Both the position numbers and the translations under genes were made by a program. A stretch of 64,000 nt of DNA from Octopus vulgaris (lineage: Eukaryota), in the NCBI GenBank assembly GCA_951406725.2, contig OX597824.1, positions 32,240,001 through 32,304,000 on the forward strand, given 5' to 3'. Below are positions 49,311 through 61,844 of the stretch, in pieces. The first letter of the stretch is position 1. Each line of letters begins with the position of its first letter. The notes under the pieces are model-generated. The model made no database searches. It was not told where the DNA came from and saw nothing but the letters and a program-made list of their open reading frames with translations.

Positions 49311-50933
49311 AAGTTGTGTTCCCCAGTCCCCATTTTGTTGTCTCCTGACTTCCAGAAAAAAAAAAAAATGGATATTTTTTTTTTAATGACATTTTCTACA
49401 AATGCGCTTCAGATGGTGCAGGTTCCGATCATCGTTAGGAAAGACTTCCTCCCGCCCCTCCCCATTTTCTCGCAAATTATTGTTTAAAAAAAAATTTCTT
49501 TTTGCCAAAACCCCACCTTTTCGGATACGGAGATTGCGGAAAATTGTCAAAAATCGGAATTTTGAACTATTTTGTACCCCCACTCCTTCCCCCAATTTCT
49601 TCTTTTTCACTTTTTCCGTAACCTAACCCTAAAACCCTCACCCTAAAACCCTAAAACCCTCACCCTAAAACCCTAAAACCCCAACCCTAACCATAAGTAG
49701 AAAAATCTTTTGAAATTTTTTCAGAATCATAATCTCCGTATATTTCCAGATATTTTGATGTTTTGGAAAAAAAGTTAAAATAAAGAATTAGTGGTGGTGG
49801 TGGTGTGTGTGTGTGTGTGTGTGTGGGGGGGGGGGGGGTAATTTAAAAATGCCGATTTTTGCCAATTTTTTGCAGATTCGTATTCTCCGTAACTGAAAAC
49901 AGGGGTTGTGTAGAAAAAAAAATTAAATAAATAAAAAAGGAGTATTTTTTGTTGGGTACAAAACGAAGTCTTGCCTCATAACTTTCAGAAAAATGAGTAC
50001 TTTCAGTGAAATTTTCAGCAAATTCCTTTCCGAGTGTGTGAATTACGATTATATCAGAATTTGATGTGAACAAAAAAATGGCGAACACGCACACATACAT
50101 ACTGATACACATCACGATTTTTTTTTTTGAAATTTCAAGTTTCATTTTGTAGATATATGTGATACCGTTTTCAGTATGAGCCCACCAATTTTTTTTTCTT
50201 TTTTTCATATTAAATTCCGATATATATTTCTTTACTGCCCACAGGGGGCTAAACATAGAGGGGACAAACAAGGAGAGACAAACGGATTAAGTCGATCACA
50301 TCGACCCCAGAGCGAAACTGCTACTTTATTTATCGACCCCGAAAGGATGAAAGGCAAAGTCGACCTCGGCGGAATTTGAACTCAGAACGTAACGACAGAC
50401 GAAATACATATTTCTTTACTACTCACAAGGGGCTAAACACAGAGAGGACAAACAAGGACAGACAAACAGATTAAGTCGATTACATCGACCCCAGTGCGTA
50501 ACTGGTACCTATTTAATCGACCCCGAAAGGATGAAAGGTAAAGTCGACCTCGGCGGAATTTGAAATCAGAACGTAGCGACAGACGAAATACGGCTACGCA
50601 TTTCGCCCGGCGTGCTAACGTTTCTGCCAGCTCGCCGCCTTCCGATATAATTGTAATCTACATACTCTGAAAGATATTTGTCGGAAATTTCATTAGAAAA
50701 AAAAAAAAAGAAAAAGAAAATAATAATTTTTTTGAAAGTTATGAGGAAACAAAGGTGACTCGTTTGATTTTTCTGAAACTCTTCTCCCTACCCACGGAGA
50801 AATTTTTTCTTCACAAATTTAGATATAATCGGAATTCACACTATCTGAAGCGTGTTTGTAGAAAATGTTATTAAAAAATATCAGTTTTTATGGCTGTTAT
50901 GAGGAAACAAAGTCGTGGTAGGGGGACACTCTT
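49311..50933. mobile_element. Old DNA-transposon-like element with long imperfect terminal inverted repeats and a nested SINE
   Basis: About 49311-49435 is an imperfect reverse complement of about 50822-50933; internal (AACCCT)-like repeats at 49621-49692. Confidence 0.5.
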
Positions 50934-52069
50934 GCGTAGGTATGCCAGTTAACTTGAGGGTAGCGAGGTGATTGAATCGCGTGAAAGTTTCAAAGAGAAT
51001 AATGAGATCAGAAAGTTCCCTTGTTTAATTAATGTCTAATTATGACAGTGTAATTCAACGAATAAGAGTTTGCGTTGGAGTTTCTATTGTAATTCCATTC
51101 ATAGCCTGGTTTCTTAACTAGAAAGATGGTCGAGTCGACTGTATCGTGAGAACTTCGGCCTTTGTTCTCTATCTCAGTGCTTGGAGGTCAAATCCCGCCG
51201 AAATTGAGGCTGATTAATAAACTAACTGATCAGTACTGGAGTTAATTCCCCTCTCTCTGTCATAATCTTTTCTAAGTTTGGCACAAGGCCAGCAATTTTG
51301 AGGGGAAGAGAAGGTCAATTGCATCGACTCCAGCGCTTAACTGGTACTCATTTTATCGACGTCCCAAAATGTGGAAGGCAAAGTCGACTTCGGCGTAGTT
51401 TGAACTCAGAGCATGAAGAGCCGGAAGACAAGCCGCTAAGTATTTGGTCCGATGCGGTAACGATTCTGCCAGCCCACCACCTCTGTTTATCTATCAAAAT
51501 AATTCCATTAATTGTCTGGTCTCGCCTCGTTACCTTAGTACACGGTCCAGCTCATAGGTATTATTGCGCTTATCTCAATTCTTTCAAATAACTATCAAAT
51601 ACCTCTTCTTATTTCTTTGTTGCCCACATGGGGCTAAACACAGAGAGAACAGACAAACGGATTAAGTCGATTATATCGACTCCAGTGCGTAACTGGTACT
51701 TATTTAATCGATCTCGAAAGGATGAAAGGCAAAGTCGACCTCGGCGGAATTTGAACTCAACGTAACGGCAGACGAAATACCTATTTCTTTACTACCCACA
51801 AAGGGCTAAACACAGAGGGGACAAACAAAGACAGACAAACGGATCAAGTCGATTACATCGATCCCAGTGCGTAACTGGTACTTATTTAATCGACCCCGAA
51901 AGGATGAAAGGCAAAGTCGACCTCGGCGGAATTTGAACTCAGAACGCAGCAGCAGACGAAATACGGCTAAGCATTTCGCCCGGCGTGCTAACGTTTCTGC
52001 CAACTCTTCTGACGTACCATTCATCAGCTTCAGTTTTTTTCGTGGCGTCAGATCAAAAGGATTCAGTCA

Positions 52070-52824
52070 TCTATATATATAAAAGTGAAGTTGTGTGAGT
52101 GTCTGTCTCCTACGATTTAGATTCCTAATTACTCCCACATTTTGCGGTGCAGTTTAACCAAATTCGGGTATCTTATAGTCGTGATTCATATCGAGCCCTT
52201 CTGGGTATTAGCGCGCGTCTACGATGAGTCTACGATTTTAAAAATAATTTACCATAATTTTTTTCCATTTTAACGCATATTTTTTCAGTGTCGATGGCGA
52301 CGGAGTTGGCGTCCATGCTCACACCTGCACCTGTGTTACTTCTCCCCCTTCTTACCTCCCTCGTGAAGCTGTGGGGAAGGGAGTGTAAGGAAATCAACGT
52401 CGTAAAGCGTTGTCAAGGAGACCAGCGTTCTTTTAGAACAACGACTTCATGGCTTGAAGACACCAAAACAGAAACGGCTAAGAAAGCCCGAAAGCAAATT
52501 CTACAAAATCGGGAAACACGCCACACAGAGAAGGTTTCCCGTGCAAATAATTTGCACAACCGAATGTTATAGTTGTTGCACAACTTTTACTTAAAAAATA
52601 TTATCCAAACACAAACTTTTGAAGGCAATATTGTATGGCGATGGTACTTGTAAAATATGGTAATGGATTTAGTAGCCAAAAGGAGAGAGCAGAGGCATAG
52701 TATGGTGGTGGTGGAGGCGGTGGTAGTGGCAGCGGTGGTGGCGGTGGTGCTGGTAGTGGTGATGGTGGTCGTGGTCGTGGTGGTCGTCGTGTTTGTGGTG
52801 GTGGTGGTGGTGGTGGTGGTGTTG

Positions 52825-52856
<32 letters not shown>

Positions 52857-53756
52857 GGTGGTGGTGGGAGTAGTGATGATGGTGGTGGTGGTGGTCGTGG
52901 TGATGATGGTGGTGGTGGTGGTGGTTGTGGTGGTCTTCGTGATGGTGGTGGTGATGGTCATGGGCGTAGTGGTGGTGGTGGTCATGGTGGTAGTGGTGAT
53001 GGTGTTGGTCGTGGTGGTGGTGGTGGTGGTGGCTGAAGCTGTCGTCTGGGTTCTTCCAATTTTTTCGTGTGTCGGTGGCGGCGTTGGCGTTCATGCTCGC
53101 ACCTGCACCTGTGTAGCTCCTCCCCTTCTTCCCTCCCTCGTGAAGCTGTGGGGAAGGCAGGGTAGGGAAATCAACGTCGTAAAGCGTTGTCAAGGAGACC
53201 AGCGTTCTTTTAGAACAACGACTTCATGGCTTGAAGTCGCCAAAACAGAAATCGCTAAAAAAGCTGAAACAGATCCACAAAAACGGCAAAAACCGCCACA
53301 CAGGGCAGGTTTCCTGTGCAAACAATTTGCACAACCGAATGTTTTAGTTGTTGCACAAATCTTTATATATAAAAGTGAAGTTGTGTGTCTGTCTCCTACG
53401 ATTTAGATTCCTAACTACTCCTACATTTTGCGGTGCAGTTTAACCAAAACCGGGTATCTTATAGTCGTGATTCATATCGAGCCCTTCTGGGTATTAGCAC
53501 GCGTCTACGATGAGTCTACGATTTAAAAAAAAATTTACCATCATTTTTTCCATTTTAATGCATTTTTTCGCTATTATATAAGGGAAGTAACTCTCTAAAA
53601 ATGTCTACGATGAGTCAACGATTAAAAAAAAAATTACCATAATTTTTTATTCCATTTTTAATGCATTTTTTTGCTATTTTTTTGCTATAACTCTCTAAAA
53701 ATGCTTATATTGTTATTTCCCTTACAAACACGAGCAACGCCAGGCGATACTGCTAG
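52070..53756 (+). mobile_element. Composite Helitron array with duplicated internal segment and (GTG)n tract
   Basis: Helitron 5' ends at 52070 and 53360, 3' hairpin-CTAG at 53756; internal segment repeated at about 52288 and 53070; GTG-rich tract 52702-53031. Confidence 0.72.
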
Positions 53757-54289
53757 CTACATATAACAGAACGTGTCTCGTCGGTTACGCTAGTAAAAGG
53801 AGACTACAACAACATGAGTGAGTGACAATAAGAGACGCTAAATGCAGGCGAACTGCAGTAAGTTCTGAAGTCACTTGTATTTTAATGAAAATGAAACAAA
53901 ATTTTTATCGTAAACTAGCAGTATCGCCCGGCGTTGTTCGGATTTGTAAGGGAAATAACTATATAAGCATTTTTAGAGATGTAAAGTATAATAGCCATCT
54001 CAATATGGCTAACCACAAAGGGTGTGTGTGTGTGTTACTGTAGCTTTTTACGTTCTGAGATTTAATAATAAATTTTTAGAGAGTTACTTCCCTTATATAT
54101 GCCAAAAATGCATTAGAAATGGGAAAAATTGATGGTAAATTGTTTTTTAAATCGTAGACTCATCGTAGACGCGCGGTAATACCCAGAAGGGCTCGATATG
54201 AATCATGACTATAAGATACCCGGTTTTGGTTAAACTCTCTTTTATATATCGTAAATTATATCAATTTCAAACACACAAAATCACATATC

Positions 54290-55408
54290 GAATCTTTTCC
54301 TTTTGAACGGCACATTGTAACATAATTTCTAGGTAACTAAAAGGTTTTAAACTTCGTATACTGGTATACTGCATCTAGGGCAGTCAACTGTGTTGGGAAT
54401 GATATTAAGGACAACTTGAATAGAACTTGGTACCAACAATCGTCTTGTAAACAACTGTTCTTAGACAAAAGACTGACCTTTCATTGACCAGTGTTTACTC
54501 ATCCATTCTTCTGGTGTAGAGGATTTCCCGCTCCTTGGTACAGAACAAGTTCTTATTCATTTCAGTCGTAGATGACTGCCCAAGATGCAATTTACCATGT
54601 ACATTGCGCGAAAATACAAACATCTTCCGATGTGGAAGGACTGTTCGCCGTCGAAGGCAAAGGCCAACGCAATGTGGATATTCAATATCCCTATACAGCA
54701 ACACATTTTTGGAGCGGAGTCAGCTACCACCCTGTAAAATCTTGTTATTTGTGAATTACTTCCTTACAGACTGTTGGTCGCACGCATTAGACGTGGAAAA
54801 TTTGAACATTTCGTATCCGACCTCAATTGATTGGCGATCCTTCTGCTCCGAGGTTTGTCAGCATTGGGTAGAGAATTACCAGGACCAAATCGGTGGACCA
54901 GGAGTTGAAGTGGAGATCGATGAAACAGTTACTGTAAGGAGAAAATACAATCGCGGAAGACTCACAAAAACTATCTGGCTTTTCGGTGGGATAGAGCGAA
55001 TAGGCAAAAAAAAAGTTTTGATACCTCTTTCATCTGAGTGTGGTGAAGAGGAAAGGCGAGATGCCGCCACGCTGATCCCCTTAATTACCCGATATATACG
55101 CCAAGGGTCGGTAGTATATAGCGATTCTTGGGCTGCATATAACTCTCTTGGAAATCTCGGGTATACCCACTTCCGCATCAACCACAGTGAAAACATTTGT
55201 GGATCCGACAAACGCGTCGGTGCACACACAGACGATAGAGAGATTGTGGGGGTCAGTGAAGAGATCGGTTGTTCGCCCAGACATTCGTGCCTGTTACTTA
55301 AAACAATACCTCGCGAAGTTCCTTTTTATGGACAGCATTAAACCTGCTGCCAAGAGAATACACGTATTCTTATTGGCAGCAGCAAGTCTTTATCCTGGCC
55401 CGAGATAA
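54290..55408 (+). mobile_element. Merlin (IS1595/ISXO2-like) DDE transposon with a frameshifted transposase
   Basis: Cys motif CPRC; VEIDET, RKYNRGR, W.FGGIER, YSDSWAAY, HFRINHSEN, then a +1 frameshift near 55195, FVDP..VHTQTIERLW; left TIR-like end at 54290. Confidence 0.92.
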
Positions 55409-55739
55409 TTTTTTCCTCCAAACGCAACCCATCTCATTTCTTTATCAACACTGTCGATGGACCACTCAAAGAGGTATGTATACATTATCATTTTCGTAAC
55501 ATAATTTCTGTAGTATTTCAAGATGTTTCTGACACGTATTTTGATTCACATGGCGGAGATCCAACATTTCTTCACTTTTTCCAGAATTTCTTCTCTTTAT
55601 TTTTTTTTTTTTGCGAAATATGTACAAAAATACGGAGTTTATGATTCATGTGTGAGTGTGTGTTCTTGATACTCGTTTAGAACAAGTAGTTTTACACCAA
55701 TTACACTATTTTTTCTTAGTTTAAAGGTCGTGGACTGAA

Positions 55740-56140
55740 GATGGGAAATTTCCGAAGCCTCTCTCCCACCCCCTTTCGCGAGCGCGCATTTTTTTTTATC
55801 ATATTCGTTTAGAGCGAGTTGTTTTACACCTATTACGCTGTTTTTGTTTTTGTTTTTGTGCCCGGTTCAGACGCTTTCGGAAATTCCCGATATAAATATT
55901 CCGAGGCCTCTCCCCCACCCCTCTTTCGCGAGTGCGCATTTTTTTGTCATATTCGTTTAGAGCAAGTTGTTTTACACATATTACACTATTTCTTTTTTGT
56001 TTTGGTGCCCGGGTCAGCCCCTCAGACGCTTTCGGAAATACCCGATGTGAATTTTCCGAGGCCTCTCCCCCCCCCCCTTTCGCGTGCGGGCATTTTTTTT
56101 TCATATTCGTTCATAGGAAGTTGTTTTACACCTATTACAC
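55740..56140. repeat. Three ~140-160-bp tandem units downstream of the Merlin transposase
   Basis: TTCCGA(A/G)GCCTCTC...TTTCGCG..GCATTTTTT..CATATTCGTT..GTTGTTTTACAC recurs three times. Confidence 0.85.
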
Positions 56141-56246
56141 ACATTTTTTTTTTATTTTCTGAAAGGCGTAACGCTTTATATTAACCATATATATATATAT
56201 ATATATATACCGCGAGTCCACTGCCCTAACTACTAGGCTATTGCGC

Positions 56247-56333
<87 letters not shown>

Positions 56334-56584
56334 TGATGTTTCGTTTGTCGTAGCACACGTTTCCGTCGATTTCCTCCGTCGATTTCCGTAAAAAATGTAA
56401 ACACTGAATCGGCCATACATACATACATACATACATACATACATACATACACACATACATACATACACACATACATACACACACATACATACACACACAT
56501 ACATACATAGATACATACACACACACACATACATGCAGACATACATATACACATACACCGAGTAAAAAATTACACTGAATCGGC

Positions 56585-56618
<34 letters not shown>

Positions 56619-56880
56619 TACTTACACACACACACACACACACACACATACATACACACACACATACATAGATACATACACACACACACATACATATACA
56701 CATACACCGAGTAAAAATTTCAGTTATCTCTCTCTTTCACACATTACTTTCTCTGTCTCTTCGCACGCACTAACAGAAGCACTTCACTTACACAGCATAC
56801 TGTCTGTCTCCCACACCCCATCAAACACACACACGGGGACTTCAAAAAGAAATTCACTCGTCATAAAATTGCTCGTCATA

Positions 56881-56915
<35 letters not shown>

Positions 56916-56953
56916 CCGTGAGTCCGCTGCCCTAACCACTAGGCCATTGCGCT

Positions 56954-56993
<40 letters not shown>

Positions 56994-56996
<3 letters not shown>

Positions 56997-57506
56997 ATAT
57001 ATATAAAACTGTAGTTGTGTGAGTGTCTGTCCCCTTCGATTTAGATTCCTAACTACTCCCACATTTTGCGGTGCAGTTTAACCAAATTCGGGTATCTTAT
57101 AGTCGTGATTCATATCGAGCCCGTCTGAGTATTAGCGCGCGTCTACGATGAGTCTACGATTTTAAAAATAATTTAACATAATTTTTTATTCCATTTTAAT
57201 GCATAATTTTTCGTGTGTCGATGGCGGCGGAGTTGGCGTCCATGGTCACACCTGCACCCGTTTGCTTCTCCCCCTTCTTCCCTCCCTCGAGAAGCTGTGG
57301 GGAAGGGAGTGTAAGGAAATCAACGTCGTAAAGCGTTGTCAAGGAGACCAGCGTTCTTTTAGAACAACGACTTCATGGCTTGAAGACACCAAAACAGAAA
57401 TGGCTAAGAAAGCCCGAATTGGCATCTATAAGGGAAGTAACTCTCTAAAAATGCTTATATAGTTATTTCCCTTACAAACCCGAGCAACGCCGGGCGATAC
57501 TGCTAG
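56994..57506 (+). mobile_element. Complete non-autonomous Helitron
   Basis: A|TCTATATATATAAAACTG...CCCGAGCAACGCCGGGCGATACTGCTAG|T; carries the same internal segment as 52288 and 53070. Confidence 0.85.
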
Positions 57507-57549
57507 TATATATATATATATACATACATATATATATATACATATATAT

Positions 57550-57615
<66 letters not shown>

Positions 57616-57618
<3 letters not shown>

Positions 57619-57875
57619 GCGCAATGGCCTAGTGGTTAGGGCAGCGGACTCGCGGTCGCAGGATCGCGGTTTCGATTCCCAGACCGGGTGTTGTGAGTGT
57701 TTATTGAGCGAAATCACCTAAAAGCTCCACGAGGCTCCGGCAGGGGGTGGTGATCCCCGCTGTACTCTTTCACCACTCTTTCTCGCATAGCCAGCAGGGT
57801 GGCGTCATTTGAAGGCTAAAAAACAATGCGAACGCATTGTGACCAGCGATGTGTAACAACATCTGATGGTGTGGT
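57616..57875 (+). mobile_element. tRNA-derived SINE embedded in (TA)n
   Basis: GAGGCGCAATGGCCTAGTGGTTAGGGCAGCGGACTCGCGG...GTTTCGATTCC head; head-only copies at about 56207-56250 and 56915-56955 (-). Confidence 0.8.
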
Positions 57876-57877
57876 CT

Positions 57878-57938
<61 letters not shown>

Positions 57939-57969
57939 TGATGGTCTGGTCGTGATATATATATATATA

Positions 57970-58602
57970 AGATTGAGAAATTGACAAGCGAGAGGAAGTA
58001 AGGAGGATGACAGCGAAGAAGCTGGACTACTTATAGTAGGGTTTTGTGATGTTCAGGAAGTGTTGCCGGTATTGTTGTTTATGTTTCGATTTGTGTTTGG
58101 ACTTTAATGTTGAATTATGATGTTTGAAAAAGAGACTCTGTAAAAAGAACGTGTAATCTGTTTAAGAAAAAAAGAACTGTAAGATGTGTTTCTAAAAGGA
58201 AAAGAACATTGTGTAAGAAAGAAAAGAGAAAGACTTTGTTTTGATTGTTTTCCAAATTCTGTAATGTGCATGTCAACTGATTGTTGTCGGACGTTGTATT
58301 TTGCTGAATGCCATTGATTGTTTTTTTAAAACTCTGTGTACGATCTGTTAAATGTATTTGAAACGTATTACCTTTAATTGATGTTGTAAAAATTATATAA
58401 ATTGTTGTTAAATGTAAGAAACTGCCTCCGCTGTCTCTCTTCCTTTGTTGTTGTCTCCGGTCACTAGTTTGCGTTCGCTGTCAATTTCCGCTTTCAGTGG
58501 TGGACCTCCGATCTGACTGAGCGTAGTCGTCGTCGCTCGACTTAGGGTCCTGAGCCGAGTTGAGCGACGGCACGTCGTAACAACTGGTGTCAAAAGTGGG
58601 AT
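57970..58602 (+). mobile_element. LTR retrotransposon 5' LTR end and primer-binding site (left boundary approximate)
   Basis: ...CGTAACA (58582), AC, then TGGTGTCAAAAGTGGGAT (58585-58602), complementary to a tRNA-Leu-type 3' end. Confidence 0.7.
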
Positions 58603-58670
58603 ATTTTGATTGCTGCAGTTAATCGGTTGTTTGCCATGGAAGCACACTCTAAGTTGTATAGTATAGTATA

Positions 58671-58834
58671 AAAGATAGGTAAGGCCGGTCTATGGAGTTT
58701 ACCCTGGGTTTCACGTCCATAAAGCGCTTAGCTTTACAGCGTATCATCAGACAGGTTTTGAGGTCTGATGATAAAGCAATGCTTTATGGAAGTGAAACCC
58801 AGGGTAATCCCATAGACCGGCCTTATCTATCTTT
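58671..58834. mobile_element. Palindrome with two divergent hammerhead-like cores; Penelope-like remnant
   Basis: The arms are reverse complements; each has CTGATGA...GAAACCCAGGGTA. Confidence 0.7.
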
Positions 58835-59035
58835 ATAATATATAAAGGAGTGGCTGTAGGTAAGTAGCTTGCTTACCTACCACTTGTTCGCGTTCAGTCC
58901 CACTGTGTGACTCCTCGGGCAAGTGTCTTCTTCTATAGCCGCGGGCCGACCAAAGCCTTGTGAGTGGATTTGGTAGAAACTGAAAGAAGCCTATGTGTGT
59001 GTATATATATGTATCTATATCTATATCTATATCTA

Positions 59036-59135
<100 letters not shown>

Positions 59136-59351
59136 GTATGTATGTATGCATATGTTAGTGTGTCCTGTGTTTGTCCCCCCACCATCACTTGACAACCGAT
59201 GTTGGTGTGTTTACCGCGACTTAGCGGTTCGGCAAAAGAGTCTGATAGAATAAGTACTAGGCTTACAAACAATAAGTTCTGGAGTGGATTTGTTCGACTA
59301 AACGCGGTGCTCCAGCATGGCCGTAATAAAATGATTGAAACAATTAAAAGA

Positions 59352-59382
<31 letters not shown>

Positions 59383-59400
59383 TGTATGTATGTGCGTATG

Positions 59401-59446
<46 letters not shown>

Positions 59447-59488
59447 CATGCATACATACATACATGCATTATACACACACACACACAC

Positions 59489-59550
<62 letters not shown>

Positions 59551-60186
59551 TATGAAGGCGCATTCGGCTCACGATTGTAAGGTCGTGAGTTCAATTCCCG
59601 GCGACGCGTTGTGTCCTTGAGCAAGACATTTTATTTTTCCTGTTGCTCCAGTCCATTCAACTGGCAAAAATGAGTTGTACCTGTATTTCAAAGTGCCGGC
59701 CTTGTCACACTCTGTGTCACGCTGAATCTCCCTGAGAACTACGTTAGGGGTACACGTGTCTGTGGAGTGCTCAACCACTCACACGTTAATTTCACGAACA
59801 AGCTGTTCCGTTGATCGTATCAGCTGGGACCTTCATCGTCATAACCGACGGAGTGCTCCTACTAGTGCTCCTATGTATCTATATTTATATATATGTGTAC
59901 ATATAAACTAAAAGTGATGAGGTAAAAGTGGTGAATATATGGTTATTTAACCACCTGACATCCTTAGAGTTACGGGTGTTTCGCAACCTTTTTCATGTAG
60001 TATGAATTTCAGTGTGAAAGAAATTAAGCTTTCATGGTTGTATTAAAATGCTCGGTATTAAACAATACAGTTGTATATACACAAACCAATGGAAGCAAAG
60101 AAAGCTAGCTCCTGGGATCACTAGAACATCATGGTTATATTAACGACCAACTCGATGTGTGTATGTATATGTCTGTGTGTATGTGT

Positions 60187-60235
<49 letters not shown>

Positions 60236-61553
60236 TGTTTTACTAGCTCCTTGCTTTGACATTATGCAAGTGTCACTGTTATGCAAGAGATATCCCTTCC
60301 ACGTAATCAAGTGAGGGCTGGCGATGAGAATGATATCTGTCTATACAAACTCTGTGTAACCCATGCGAGTATGGAAAAGCAGATCTTTCGCACCCCCCCC
60401 CACACACATTACATGGCTGATGATATTTCTAACCGAGGCGTTGCAACTGTATCTGATTGTTCAAGTGATTCAATTCGCCTTTACCTTCGGAACGCGGAGT
60501 AGACGAAACGGAGGCGGCTGAAGAAGGGGAATTTTCCTTGTGTCGTATGTCATTTTTCGTTGTTTTCCACGGTTCTGTTTTTATGTTTTCGTTTCTCATT
60601 GTGTTCGACGTTTTTTTTTTTTTGGTGTCCTGTACCTATATATGCATGTATATATACATATAGATGTAGGTACGTACATATATGCATGTATATATGCATA
60701 TGTTTTATTTATTATTTTATTACATATATTTACTAGATTGCTGACATCTATCAATGATTTCGCCCATTGCTTTCGATGTGCAATGTTCTATCATTAATAA
60801 AACAGTCGGCATTTTTGATAATAGTTATATGCTAGTAACACAATAAAGTATATGAGATTGAGCGTGACATAATTCAGACAATGGTTCACAAAAAATGATC
60901 AAATGTATATGGATACAACCGCATTCTGTTATAAGAATATTAATCATCGGATAATATTTGAGCAGTATCTTTGCCCTTCTATCTGTTACTATTTTTCTTG
61001 AGTTTCTTCTACCTGTACTTTGAAATGCAGTTATATACCTTGTTTCAAAAAGTTCTAACAGGTAGTTGAATACTTGTGATCCAATATAATCACTTCTCTA
61101 GTTATTACTAGCAGTATCGCCCGGCGTTGCTCGGGTTTGTAAGGGAAATATCTATATAAGCATTTTAGAGAGTTACTTCCCTTATATAAACCGAGAAAAA
61201 AAATGCATTAAAAATGCGAAAAAATGATGGTAAATTTTTTTATCATCGTAGACTCATCGTAGACGCGCGTTAATACCCAGAAGGGCTCGATATGAATCAC
61301 GACTATAAGATACCCACTTTTGGTTAAACTGCACCGCAAAATGTGGGAGTAGTTAGGAATCTAAATCGGAGGAGACAGACTTTCACACACACAACTTCAG
61401 TTTTATACATAAAGATATGGCAATCCTTCGGTATTGGTAGGCGACGTCATTCACCCATACAGCCTTCCCTCATGACAGAGAGGCAAGGATGAAAAAGAGA
61501 GTGAATAACGTCGTCTCCTCATATTGATGCTCTAGAGGCCAATACCGAAGGAT

Positions 61554-61621
<68 letters not shown>

Positions 61622-61627
61622 CACAGA

Positions 61628-61844
61628 GGAGGGTGTTCTGAAAAGTTCCTGGCTTTAAGTGTACCGCGAAAGGTCTGGCTGGAGGCCCAACCTTCCAAGT
61701 TCTTTTGCAGGGCTTAGAAAAACGGAAGGACAGCTGCAATGAGTGTGTGAATCTGAGAATGAATTATGTTAGGTAACATCATAATTAACTGATCCTCCTG
61801 TATTTTCTCTTATCCAAAGCCAGGAACTTTTCAGCAACCTCTCG
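61628..61844. mobile_element. mariner-type MITE
   Basis: TIRs GAGGGTGTTCTGAAAAGTTCCTGGCTTT / AAAGCCAGGAACTTTTCAGCAACCTCTCG followed by TA. Confidence 0.82.

Noticed and set aside
49621-49692. Telomere-like CCCTAA repeats (also 12403-12420)
   Set aside because: They are short, degenerate and internal to transposon-like elements; they do not indicate a chromosome end or fusion.
52587-53406. Long poly-Val, poly-His and poly-Thr ORFs
   Set aside because: They are translations of a (GTG)n low-complexity tract inside a Helitron composite, with no domain or splice support.
60415-60545. CTGATGA, CTGAAGA and GAAAC words suggesting another hammerhead
   Set aside because: I could not assemble a consistent stem II-GAAA-stem III order; at best it is a decayed remnant.
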